A DNA stretch of 64,000 bases from Nibricoccus sp. (GTDB lineage: Bacteria > Verrucomicrobiota > Verrucomicrobiia > Opitutales > Opitutaceae), in the NCBI GenBank assembly GCA_047602425.1, contig JASGHG010000001.1:4192001-4256000 (forward strand). Reading direction: 5' to 3'. The notes under the pieces are model-generated. The model searched no databases. It was not told the origin of the DNA and saw only the letters and a program-made list of their open reading frames with translations. This document shows positions 8,617 to 18,442 of the stretch, in pieces. Position numbers and translations under genes: made by a program. The stretch's first letter is position 1. Each line of letters opens with the position of its first letter.

Positions 8617-9396
8617 TCAGAAATCGGAGGAGTATTTTTTCAGGCCGGTCAGTTGGGCGAGGACACGCAGGACGAAAAGCGGGTTGTTTTTGAAGTAGCG
8701 CGGGCCGAGGCGGCGTGGTTCTGCGCACAGGCGCCAAACCCATTCGAAACCGCTACGTTGAATCCAACGGGGCGCTTGCCTAACGCGTCCGGAAAGAAAA
8801 TCGAAGGCTGCGCCAACGCCGAGCATTACGGGTACCGCCAATCGCTCAGAGTATTCCGCCATGAATGCCTCTTGTTTAGGCGTGCTCAGGCCGACCCAGA
8901 AAAAACTGGGGCGGAGCGTGCGTATTCGTTTTTCCAACTCGTCGGCTTCTTGCGCCGTAAGTGGCCGGAAGGGCGGAGTCTCCGTGCCGACAATTTTCAA
9001 GCCAAGAAACCGCGCGCTCAAACTGGCGGCGAGTGCATCGGCTGTGCCCGGGCCGCCGCCGTAGAAAAAATGCGTGAGCTCGGTGCCGGCGGTCACGCGG
9101 CAGACTTCAAGCACGAGATCGGGTCCATAGACGCGGCTGGTGGATTTGTGACCGGCACGTTTGCCTAACCAAACCAAAGGCATCCCATCAGGCGTGGTGA
9201 GGAAGGAACGATTGAGTCGCTCAAGATGGGCAGGATCACGTTGCGCGCACGACACGCTGTTGACGTCGCAAAAGCAGATATATTTCGCTGAGCCAGAATT
9301 CTCGCGGGCGGCGGAAATCACAAGGTCGCGCGCGAGCGGCAAATCGAGGGCATGCACGCCGACACCGAGGACATTGAAGCGTGGAGGGGAGGGCAT
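8617..9396 (-). CDS. WecB/TagA/CpsF family glycosyltransferase
   Basis: PDGMPLVW, RVYGPDL, VGLSTPKQE, GVGAAFDF and RRLGPRY motifs. Confidence 0.93.
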   Translation of the reverse strand: MPSPPRFNVLGVGVHALDLPLARDLVISAARENSGSAKYICFCDVNSVSCAQRDPAHLERLNRSFLTTPDGMPLVWLGKRAGHKSTSRVYGPDLVLEVCRVTAGTELTHFFYGGGPGTADALAASLSARFLGLKIVGTETPPFRPLTAQEADELEKRIRTLRPSFFWVGLSTPKQEAFMAEYSERLAVPVMLGVGAAFDFLSGRVRQAPRWIQRSGFEWVWRLCAEPRRLGPRYFKNNPLFVLRVLAQLTGLKKYSSDF

Positions 9397-9544
9397 GGTT
9401 GCGGCTTGGTGGAAAACGTTTGGCTGGATTCCCGTATGGTTGCAACTCCTCGGCAACAATGACGCCGCAAATCTTAACCTCTATGCACGACCAAAATCTT
9501 GCACCGCCTGTTCACGACAGTTTGCATGGCGGGGCATGCACCCA

Positions 9545-11077
9545 ATGAAATTCTATCCGCTTCTCGCGGTGCTTCTGGTGGCAGGACTGAAGCAACCGCA
9601 TTCCCTCTATTCCGCTGAGTCCAAGGATTCGGCCCCGCTTGTCTCCGCGACCGAGCGCAGCCCGCACTTCGCAGCGGTCAACAAACATCTGGAGCTCGGC
9701 GGCGAGCTCTTCGGCTACGCCGACGTCGACGGCGATCTGCAACTTTTCGCCACGCAGCTGCGGCGAATGGCGGACAGCATTGCCGAAACCCAGCCCATGG
9801 CTGGCGCAATGCTCCAGCAGGATTTTGGGAAGATCTTCGACGACCTCGGCCTGACTGATGTGAAGGCAATTGGCCTGAGTTCAGTGCGCGATGGCGCTGT
9901 AGGCTATCGAAATCGTGCGTTTTTCTACACACCAACCGGAAGACACGGGCTGTTGTCGGTCCTTGGTGGTTCGGCAGCTCCTTATGTGCACACCAAACTC
10001 GCACCGGCCAACGCCGATTTTTATGCGGAGGGAGAAGTTGATCTGCCTTCGGCCTACAAGGCGATCCGCGCTGTCTTGGTGCGCGTTGGCGGCGAGATGA
10101 CGGCTGCGATGGTCGACAATCAGCTGAAAAAAAGCGGCGCCGAGGCGGGCGTTTCCGCTTTGGACGTCATCCAGAGCCTGAAGGGCCGAAGCGTGTTGGT
10201 GCTGCGCCTCGATGCAGAGAAAAACGTCGCTCTGCCCACGCCCCAGCCAATCAATATCCCCGCGTTTTCGCTTTTGCTCCGCATCGACGGACTTGGCGCA
10301 ACGCTGGAAAAACTCCTGACCAGCGTGCCTCTTTTCGAGGTGAAACAGGAAGGTTCGCTGAAAACATTCACGCTGCAAATGCCACTGCCGATCGAAGGGC
10401 TTCAGCCCGTGCTGGCCATCGAAAATGGAGCTTTGTTTCTGGCGACTAGTCCGGCGTTTTTAAAGGAATGCCGTGAGCAGAAGGCCGGGCTTGAACAGAG
10501 TAAGGAATTTCAGCAGGCGCTGGGGCAAGTGGGACGCGAGGGCAATGGCCTGGCCTACATCAGCCCGAAGTTTTTCTCGCGTTTGCGCCACCTCGGAGCG
10601 ATCAACCCTGAAGCCGCTCCTGAAGCGAAACGTGTTTTCGCCATGCTCACTGACAACATTCCGGACATCAAACAACCGCTCGTCACGGCTCGCATCAATT
10701 TGCCCGACGGCATTCTTGTTCGCTCAGTTTCGACCCGTACGCTCAAGCCAACTTTGGCGGCTGTTGCGGTTTATAATCCCGTCACGCTCGGCGTGATCGC
10801 GGCGATGGCGATTCCGGCGTTTCAAAAAACAAAAGCGGCGTCGCAAGAGAAGACTGTGCAGAACAATCTCCGTCAGTTCGCGGCCGCCGCCCAGCAGTTC
10901 ATGCTGGAGAACGCGAAGAACGAAGCGAAGTACACGGACATCGTTGGCCCCGACAAAATTATTCCCGAGTTGAAACCGGTACTGGGCGAAGACTATACGA
11001 CGCTCGTGTTGAAAGACGGCGACGCTTCGATTTCCGTCACCACGGCGGACGGCAAGGAAATCAAACTCGACCTGTAA
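9545..11077 (+). CDS. Exported hypothetical protein with C-terminal pilin-like segment
   Basis: Signal peptide at 9545 (alternative ATG 9536). C-terminal GVIAAMAIPAFQK...NNLRQ resembles a type IV pilin alpha-1 helix. Confidence 0.75.
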   Translation: MKFYPLLAVLLVAGLKQPHSLYSAESKDSAPLVSATERSPHFAAVNKHLELGGELFGYADVDGDLQLFATQLRRMADSIAETQPMAGAMLQQDFGKIFDDLGLTDVKAIGLSSVRDGAVGYRNRAFFYTPTGRHGLLSVLGGSAAPYVHTKLAPANADFYAEGEVDLPSAYKAIRAVLVRVGGEMTAAMVDNQLKKSGAEAGVSALDVIQSLKGRSVLVLRLDAEKNVALPTPQPINIPAFSLLLRIDGLGATLEKLLTSVPLFEVKQEGSLKTFTLQMPLPIEGLQPVLAIENGALFLATSPAFLKECREQKAGLEQSKEFQQALGQVGREGNGLAYISPKFFSRLRHLGAINPEAAPEAKRVFAMLTDNIPDIKQPLVTARINLPDGILVRSVSTRTLKPTLAAVAVYNPVTLGVIAAMAIPAFQKTKAASQEKTVQNNLRQFAAAAQQFMLENAKNEAKYTDIVGPDKIIPELKPVLGEDYTTLVLKDGDASISVTTADGKEIKLDL

Positions 11078-11725
11078 TCAGCCGGCGAAACGTTTGATCA
11101 GCTCGCCGAGCGTAAGTTCGGCGAGCGAACTGGCGACGAGGTCGGCCTGCGCGAAGTCGTGGTGGCGGGTGCAATTGTTCGGCACGGCCACGGCGCGCAG
11201 TCCGGCGCGTTTCGCGGCGATAACGCCGGCCTTGGAATCTTCAAAGGCGACGGCTTCGCCGGGCGGGATTCCGAGCGCGTCGATCACGGCGCGGTAAACG
11301 TCGGGTTCAGGTTTTCCGCGTGCGACATCGTCACGACAACGCGTGGTGGCGAAATATTCGAAAAGCCCAAGGCGTTGCAGATGACCGTCGACATGGCGGT
11401 GCGAAGAGTTGGAGGCGACGGCGAGTTTGAGACCCAGTTGGGTGGCCTCATCGAGACGTTCGCGAACGCCGGGTAACAAAGGCTGCTGGCGCGTGATCGC
11501 GCGGGTGAGAGTGCGGTGTTCGTCCTCGAGTTGTTGGCGATCAAAATGGGTGGGGAAGACGTGCCAAGGATCAAAGTCATGGTCGACTTCGCCAATCAGA
11601 TCGAGGGCCTGACGATGATCGCAGAGCAATCCGGCGCGGGTGTGCAGTTGCGCCCACGCCTCAATGATGGGCGATTCGGTGTCGAGGATCAGGCCGTCGA
11701 AATCGAAGATGAAAGCTCGAATCAT
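11078..11725 (-). CDS. HAD-IA family hydrolase
   Basis: FDFDGLILDTE, KPEPD and FEDS motifs. Confidence 0.92.
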   Translation of the reverse strand: MIRAFIFDFDGLILDTESPIIEAWAQLHTRAGLLCDHRQALDLIGEVDHDFDPWHVFPTHFDRQQLEDEHRTLTRAITRQQPLLPGVRERLDEATQLGLKLAVASNSSHRHVDGHLQRLGLFEYFATTRCRDDVARGKPEPDVYRAVIDALGIPPGEAVAFEDSKAGVIAAKRAGLRAVAVPNNCTRHHDFAQADLVASSLAELTLGELIKRFAG

Positions 11726-11879
11726 GGTGTGCCTCCATCATCGGCCGATGGCGGGCGGTTGCACAAAACAAAATCGCGGCCGTCGTTGCCTTAAAGGCGC
11801 AAATCATCACCGTCTTTCACCAAGGTACGGCGACATTGCTTTGTGGCTGTACTGGTTAAGAATTTCAAACATTGCCTGT

Positions 11880-13760
11880 ATGAAAACACCTCTGTGCCTC
11901 GCCCTCTCGCTCGCCACCGTTGTTTCCGCGACCGCCAAGCCCGAGACAAATAAACGCGCTGAAATTCCCGCCCAATACAAATGGGATTACACGCCGATTT
12001 TCGCCAATTGGGATGCCTGGGAAGAAGGGCTCAAGCAGATGCAAGCCAAGATGGACGCCTATGCGGCATTGAAAGGTACATTGGCGAAAGGCCCGGAGGC
12101 GTTGCTGCATGCGTTCAAATTGAGCGACGAGATCGGCCAGCTGCAGTATCGGGTTTATGGGTACACGTCGCTCCAACGCGACACCGATACACGCGACAAC
12201 GCCATGAATGCCCGCCTTCAACGCGTACAGACTATTTTCGCCCGTTTCGGCACGGCTACGGCATGGTTTACGCCCGAACTACTCACGATTCCACAATCCA
12301 AGGTGGAGAAATGGATCGCCGATACGCCCGCGCTGGCGCCGTACCGTTTTCCCATTCTGGAAACCTTTCGCCAGGCGAAACACGTGCTCGACGAAAAAGG
12401 CGAACGCCTGCTTTCCCTTGCGTCACAGCTGGGCCAATCGCCCGCCGCCACTTTTAGTGAACTGAGCACCAGCGACATCAAGTTTCCAAAAATCAAACTG
12501 ACTGACGGTCGCGAAGTCACGCTCACGCCCGGCGTTTACCAGCAAATTCTCAACACCGAGCCGAACCAGGTTGACCGCGCCAAGGCTTGGGAGGCCTATT
12601 ACCAAACGTATGCGGCCAACATCAACACCTACGCCTCGCTCTACAACGGCGTGTTGCAACGCGATTGGTATCAGGCCCAGGCGCGCAATTTCTCGACCAC
12701 GCTTGAAGCCTCCCTCGATCACAACGCCATTCCCGCGTCGGTTGTCGAAACCCTCGTTTCCGTCACGCGTGCCGGCGCCGGACCGCTCCAGCGCTATGCA
12801 AAATTGCGCAAGAAACTCCTCGGGTTGGAAACCTATCATATCTACGACAACTTTGCCCCGATTTTCCAAGTGAACATGAAAGTTCCTTACGAGGAAGGCG
12901 CGAAACTGGTGCTGGATTCCGTCGCGCCGCTTGGCAACGACTACGTCGAGAAATACAAAAAATTCGTCACCGGCGGCCGCGTTGATGTCTACGAAAACGA
13001 AGGAAAGCGCAGCGGTGCCTATTGCGACAGCGTATATGGCGTCGGTCCGTATTTGTTGCTCAACTACACCGATACGCTCGACGACGTATTCACCTTTGCC
13101 CACGAAGGCGGTCACGCCATGCATACGGTGCTTTCGTTCGAAACGCAGCCGTTCGCCACGGCAGATTATACGATCTTCGTCGCCGAGGTGGCTTCAACGA
13201 CCAACGAACGTTTCCTTTTGAACAAGCTTCTCGAACAAACGACCGACCCGAAAGAGCGCTTTGTGCTGCTGCAAAACGCGGTCGACGCGATTGTGAGCAC
13301 CTATTACACTCAGGTGCTCTTCGCCGACTACGAGTTGCAAGCGCACAAGCTGGTTGAGCAGGGCCAATCGATCACGGCCGAGGTATTGAATAATATTTAT
13401 CTGAAGTTACTGCGCGACTACTACGGCGAGGCCGTGACGGTCGACGACCTCTATAAGGTGACATGGGCGCGCATACCGCATTTCTACCAATCGCCGTATT
13501 ATGTTTATCAATACGCGACCTGCTTTGCTTCCTCGGCCAAGCTGGTGAAGGCGATGACGACCGGTGACGCGGCCTCCCGCAAGGCGGCGACCGAGCGTTA
13601 TCTCACCCTCTTGCGCAGCGGCGGCAATGACCACCCCATGGAGCAGCTGCGCAAAGCCGGCGTCGATCTGAGCCAGCGTGAAACCATCCAGGCTGTTATC
13701 GACCAGATGGACGAACTTGTGACGCGGCTCGAAGCCGAGGCGGCGAAGATTAAAAAGTGA
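11880..13760 (+). CDS. pepF: Oligoendopeptidase F (M3B) with signal peptide
   Basis: KRSGAY, HEGGH zinc motif, AEVAST and WARIPHFY...YVYQYAT. Confidence 0.93.
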   Translation: MKTPLCLALSLATVVSATAKPETNKRAEIPAQYKWDYTPIFANWDAWEEGLKQMQAKMDAYAALKGTLAKGPEALLHAFKLSDEIGQLQYRVYGYTSLQRDTDTRDNAMNARLQRVQTIFARFGTATAWFTPELLTIPQSKVEKWIADTPALAPYRFPILETFRQAKHVLDEKGERLLSLASQLGQSPAATFSELSTSDIKFPKIKLTDGREVTLTPGVYQQILNTEPNQVDRAKAWEAYYQTYAANINTYASLYNGVLQRDWYQAQARNFSTTLEASLDHNAIPASVVETLVSVTRAGAGPLQRYAKLRKKLLGLETYHIYDNFAPIFQVNMKVPYEEGAKLVLDSVAPLGNDYVEKYKKFVTGGRVDVYENEGKRSGAYCDSVYGVGPYLLLNYTDTLDDVFTFAHEGGHAMHTVLSFETQPFATADYTIFVAEVASTTNERFLLNKLLEQTTDPKERFVLLQNAVDAIVSTYYTQVLFADYELQAHKLVEQGQSITAEVLNNIYLKLLRDYYGEAVTVDDLYKVTWARIPHFYQSPYYVYQYATCFASSAKLVKAMTTGDAASRKAATERYLTLLRSGGNDHPMEQLRKAGVDLSQRETIQAVIDQMDELVTRLEAEAAKIKK

Positions 13761-13811
13761 GGCCGGAGGCGCGATATTTGCATCTCGTGGTTGTGGTGCA
13801 CTGAGCCCATT

Positions 13812-13877
13812 CGGCCGACGTGGAAGTCGGCCCTCCACGCAGGCGGTTTCCTGGAGGGCGGAGTTCCACCTCCGCCG
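13812..13877. repeat. REP-like hairpin doublet between convergent pepF and corA
   Basis: CGGCCGACGTGGAAGTCGGCCCTCCA and TGGAGGGCGGAGTTCCACCTCCGCCG, inverted and 14 bp apart. Confidence 0.8.
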
Positions 13878-13884
13878 ATTTCTT

Positions 13885-14856
13885 CTACAGCCACTTTCGC
13901 CGGCGCATGAACACGTAGGTGGCGAAGGTGCCAAAGAGCGTGAGGCCGAAAGCCAGCGGATAGCCTCCGGCCCAGCCGAGTTCGTGCATGTTCTGATAGT
14001 TCATGCCGAACCAGCCGCCAATCAATAAGGCGGGAAAAGTGAGCGCGGTGATGGCGGTGAGCACGCGAATGCCTGCGTTCGCCACGCTGCTGGACTTGTT
14101 CAGGTAAATGCGGAACGAAATAATGAGCTGTTCGGCCCAAGCCTGGGTTTGCGTTTCGAAACGGCCAAGCTCTTCCGCGAGATCGCGGAGGTAGGGCGTG
14201 ATTGCGCTTCGGATGAAATAGTTTTTCCCCTGGGCGAGTTCGGCGGCGATTTCGCGTTGCGGACGCACGAGCTGACGAAGGCGCGACAGTTGTTTGCGCA
14301 AGGCAACAACCTTGGGAAAGAGCTCATCAGCCGAAATCTCGTGCAACACTCCATCTTCAACATGGTCGATCTCACGACGCACGGCTTCGAGCGCGGGTTT
14401 GTAGGCTTCGACCATCCGGTCCAGGATGGCGTGGGCGAAGCGATCCGGACCGCGCACCAACGTCCCTTGATTGCGCAGGTAGTGATCGTGCGTGGCGGTG
14501 ATGGCTGCGAGCGGTTGTTTGTGAAAGGTGACGAGGTAATTTTTCCCGAGGAACAGATCGAGCTCGATGGTTTTGAAATCGTCTTCGCCGGCTGCGGCGA
14601 TGGCGTGCATGACGAGATAGATGTGTTCGTCGTAGGATTCGAGCTTTGGAAACGGATTGTCGCTGACGCAGTCCTCGATGGCCAGTGGATGGAAGGCAAA
14701 AAGCTTTTCGAGGATCTGCTTCGTCTCGTCGTCAGTGGGGGCGGAGAGGTCGACCCAAAGCATGGTATTTGGTTCGGCTCGCAGCATGATCAATTCGTCG
14801 GGAGAGGGATCCTGGGCGACGAGCTTGTGATCGCGGTAGACGAGCGTAGTGATCAT
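13885..14856 (-). CDS. corA: CorA family Mg2+/Co2+ transporter
   Basis: FHPLAIED, PKLE, two C-terminal TM helices with GMN (FGMNYQNMHEL). Confidence 0.9.
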   Translation of the reverse strand: MITTLVYRDHKLVAQDPSPDELIMLRAEPNTMLWVDLSAPTDDETKQILEKLFAFHPLAIEDCVSDNPFPKLESYDEHIYLVMHAIAAAGEDDFKTIELDLFLGKNYLVTFHKQPLAAITATHDHYLRNQGTLVRGPDRFAHAILDRMVEAYKPALEAVRREIDHVEDGVLHEISADELFPKVVALRKQLSRLRQLVRPQREIAAELAQGKNYFIRSAITPYLRDLAEELGRFETQTQAWAEQLIISFRIYLNKSSSVANAGIRVLTAITALTFPALLIGGWFGMNYQNMHELGWAGGYPLAFGLTLFGTFATYVFMRRRKWL

Positions 14857-14881
14857 GGCGGACGCGATAGGGAACCGGTGA

Positions 14882-15850
14882 TTAGATCCAGCGGCGCTTT
14901 TTGCACCACCACCACATGGCGGCCGTGCTGAGCACCATGACCACGAGTGCAATGGGGTAGCCGTATGCGGATTTGAGCTCGGGCATGTGTTCGAAATTCA
15001 TGCCGTACCAGGTGCCGATGATGGTCGCGGGCAGGGTAAGGGCGGTGAGGGCGGTCAGCGCCTTGATGCCTTCGTTGGCCTGAAAGTCGGATTTGCTCAG
15101 ATAGAGATCGAAGGAGATAAGAAGCTGGTCGGCATAGGACGACGCCATTTCGTCGATGCGGAGGAGTTCGTCGCGCAAGTCGCGAAAATAGGGCAGCATG
15201 ATGGCGCGAACGTGTTTGTTTTCGCCATGGGCGAGTCGGTTCACGACGTCGCGTTGCGGGCGGACGATTTGGCGGAGATTATTGATGTCGCTGCGGACGT
15301 GGAGGAGTTTTGAAATGAGGCTTTCGTCGGCCTTGGTAAGGACAACCTCCTCGATTTCCTCCAGTTCGGCGCGGAGCTCGTCGAGCACGGGTTTGTAATT
15401 GTCGACGAGCAGGTCGAGCACGCTATGGGCGAGGCGATCGGGACCGCGAGCCACGACACCGGTGGCCTTGGCGCAGCGGTCGAGCGCGGATTGCACGGAC
15501 CGAAGCGGCTTGCGATGGAAGGTGACGAGAAAATCCTTGCCGAGAAAGAGATCGAGTTCGGTGGTGTTGAACTTTTCGGTGCGGGTAAAATCGACGGCGT
15601 GGGTGACCATGAAGAGATGGTCGTCGTAGTCTTCGATTTTCGGAAGGGAACTGGGAGTGACGCAGTCCTCGATTTCGAGGGGGTGAAACTGGAAAACGCC
15701 TTCGAGAATGGTTTTTATTTCTTCGGGTGTTGGGTCATCGAGGTCCACCCACAGCATGAGACCCTTGTCGGCGCGCACGAGCCGGAGAGCTTCGACTTCG
15801 AGGTCGCGGCCGACAGCTTTTCCTTCACTGAAAACAAAAGAGTGAATCAT
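14882..15850 (-). CDS. corA: CorA family Mg2+/Co2+ transporter
   Basis: FHPLEIED and YGMNFEHMPEL. Confidence 0.92.
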   Translation of the reverse strand: MIHSFVFSEGKAVGRDLEVEALRLVRADKGLMLWVDLDDPTPEEIKTILEGVFQFHPLEIEDCVTPSSLPKIEDYDDHLFMVTHAVDFTRTEKFNTTELDLFLGKDFLVTFHRKPLRSVQSALDRCAKATGVVARGPDRLAHSVLDLLVDNYKPVLDELRAELEEIEEVVLTKADESLISKLLHVRSDINNLRQIVRPQRDVVNRLAHGENKHVRAIMLPYFRDLRDELLRIDEMASSYADQLLISFDLYLSKSDFQANEGIKALTALTALTLPATIIGTWYGMNFEHMPELKSAYGYPIALVVMVLSTAAMWWWCKKRRWI

Positions 15851-15984
15851 GGGTGAGGATCGGTCTGGGTTTCACGATTGCCGAGAGTCGCGCGGCGGCA
15901 AGCCCAAGGTGCCTGGTTCGTCGGTTTTCCTCTTTCGTTGGAAACGGCTGGAGTTGAAGGCGAGCATGGGTTTGTTTTCTGCGC

Positions 15985-18070
15985 ATGAAAACAAAACGCT
16001 TGTTTCAACGGCTGGTAGGATTGGCGCTGGGCATTTTTGCAATAAACTCGGTGAGGGCGGACGAAGGCATGTGGTTGCTCAACGCGCCGCCAATGCAAAC
16101 CTTGAAGGACCGGTACGGGTTTGAGCCGACGCCTGCATGGCTTGAGCATGTGCAGAAGTCCGCCGTACGTTTTAATAGCGGTGGTTCGGGTTCCTTCGTT
16201 TCGCCGGACGGGTTGATCGTCACGAACCATCACGTCGGGCAGGACGATTTGCAGAAGTTGAGCGATGAAAAAAATAATTACGTGCGCGACGGTTTTCGCG
16301 CCAAGACGCGAGCCGAGGAAATTCGTTGCGTCGACCTGGAGTTGAACGTGCTGATGTCGATCGACGACGTGACTGCACGCGTAAACGCAGCGGTAAAACC
16401 GGGACTGAACGCGGCGGAGGCTTTTGCCGCACGACGCGCCATCAAGGCTGAGATTGAAAAGGAATCGTTGGATAAAACCGGGCTGCGAAGCGACGTGGTT
16501 ACTCTTTATCAAGGCGCGCAGTACCATCTGTATCGATTTAAGAAATACACCGACGTGCGCCTGGTCTTCGCGCCGGAGCAGCAGGCGGCGTTTTTCGGCG
16601 GCGATCCGGATAATTTCGAATATCCGCGTTATGACTTGGATTTTTGCCTGTTTCGCGCCTACGAGAATGGCAAACCCGCCAGGATCGAGCACTATTTGAA
16701 ATGGAGCGAAAAAGGCGCGACGGAAGACGAACTGGTTTTTGTGGTGGGACATCCTGGTTCGACCAGCCGGCTTTTCACTTACGCCGAGCTTGCCGACGCG
16801 CGCGATCGCCGCACGCCGAAGGCCTTGGAATGGCTCAAGGCGCAGGAGGTTTTGATGCTGAGTTATAGCGCACGCAGCACCGAAAACGCCCGTCGGGCTC
16901 ACGATCTATTGTTTAGCTACCAGAATTCTCGCAAAGCTCTCGACGGCCAGCTGGCCGGGCTGCTCGATCCAAAGGTCTTCGAACGCAAACGAGCCGAAGA
17001 AGAGCGTCTGAAAAAACTCGCTGACGAACGGCCGGAGTTTGCCGATGTGCGGACGGCCTGGGATGCAATTGCGACGGCGCAAAAAACCATCGCGACTACT
17101 TCGGCGCAGTTCAACCTGCTCGAACGTTTTGCCGACCGTGGCAGCACGCTGTTTTCGATCGCGCGCGCGCTTTATCGCTCTGCGGCGGAAAAAGCCAAGC
17201 CGAGTGGCCAGCGGCTGCGCGAGTATCGCGATTCGAATCGGGCATCCTTCGAACTCGCGCTGTTTTCCGACGAACCGATCTACGACGATCTCGAACAATT
17301 GCGGCTGGAGGCGTATCTGGTGATGTTGGCGACACAGCTGGGTGCCGACGACCCGCTGGTACAGGCCGCGCTGGGAGGCAAGTCGCCGCGCGAACGTGCC
17401 GCCGAACTGGTCAGTGGAACCAAAATCAAGGATGTTGCCACGCGCAAGCAGTTGTACGCTCTCGATGAAGCCGCGATGGCAAAGGCGGTCGCGAGCGACG
17501 CATTGCTTGGGCTTGCGCAGACAATTGATGCGGACCGCGCGAAGTGCACGCAAAGCCATCGAGGAATTGAACGAGGTGAAGGAGCAGGCGCAGGCGAAAA
17601 TCTCGCGTGTGCGTTACGCACTCGACGGCAGCCGGATTTATCCGGACGCCACCTTTACGCTCCGCATGGCGTTTGGAACAATCAAAGGATACGATGAAAA
17701 CGGGCAGCGAGTGGCTCCGTTTACAATGTTGGCAGGGATGTACGCGCGTTCGGCAGCACACGAAGGGAAAGCTCCTTTTGATTTACCGGCGCGCTGGCAT
17801 GCTCAAAAGAACAAAGTTGGTCCGATCACGCCGATGAATTTTGTGAGCACGTGCGACATCATTGGCGGCAACTCGGGCAGTCCGACCCTGAACCGGGCCG
17901 GTGAATTCGTTGGCATTATTTTCGACGGAAACATCCAGTCGCTCGTTGCGGATTTTGCCTATACCGACAAACAGGCAAGGGCCGTCTCCGTGGATGCGCG
18001 AATTATCATCGAGGCTCTGCGAAATGTCTACGGCGCGGGCGAAATCGCAGACGAGTTGTTGGGGAAATGA
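15985..18070 (+). pseudogene. S46 family dipeptidyl peptidase, split by a 1-bp frameshift near 17534 (possibly a sequence error)
   Basis: The N-terminal part has DEGMW and TNHH; the C-terminal frame has YPDATFTLR and DIIGGNSGSP. One extra C in GCG GAC C GCG CGA joins the frames. Confidence 0.85.
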
Positions 18071-18082
18071 ACGAACCGTTTC

Positions 18083-18216
18083 ACAGAAGGTAATGCAAAA
18101 ACGAAGATGTGATGGTTATTCGATACTTGGTTGGCAGAACTTGGGTCTATCCGCCGAGAAAAGTGAAAGATGAACCGCGAAAACGTGAGTCTCTCGTTAT
18201 CTTGGTTGCCTTCTGT
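18083..18216. repeat. Inverted 9-mer-type repeat arms flanking a unique interior
   Basis: ACAGAAGGTAA (18083) versus TTGCCTTCTGT (18206-18216), 10/11 match, with decayed extra units. Confidence 0.6.
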
Positions 18217-18235
18217 TACGTTTAAATTGGAAGGC

Positions 18236-18266
18236 AAAACCGCCGTCCCACGAGGGGGGCGGCGGT
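18236..18266 (-). terminator. Rho-independent terminator
   Basis: Minus-strand stem-loop ACCGCCGCCC/GGGACGGCGGT running into a short U tract. Confidence 0.7.
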
Positions 18267-18442
18267 ATCGTTAGCGGGCGGTTGGCCCGTTTTTGCGGTC
18301 GTTAGACTGCGTTGTTCTGTTTACGGGAGAACTCTAACAAGATCAAACTGGCTGGATCGCGAAGTCAGTCAACTGTCCAGACTGTGTTCGCATGAGTTAT
18401 TAGAACATTGAAACGTGCGTTCGGAAGCTAGGCGCTCTTATG

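Noticed and set aside
9161..9544. N-terminal extension of the 638-aa ORF
   Set aside because: It overlaps the divergent glycosyltransferase; the signal peptide begins at 9545.
17530..17545. Programmed ribosomal frameshift in the S46 peptidase (and at the other three indels)
   Set aside because: There is no slippery sequence or stimulatory structure; sequence error is the simpler explanation.
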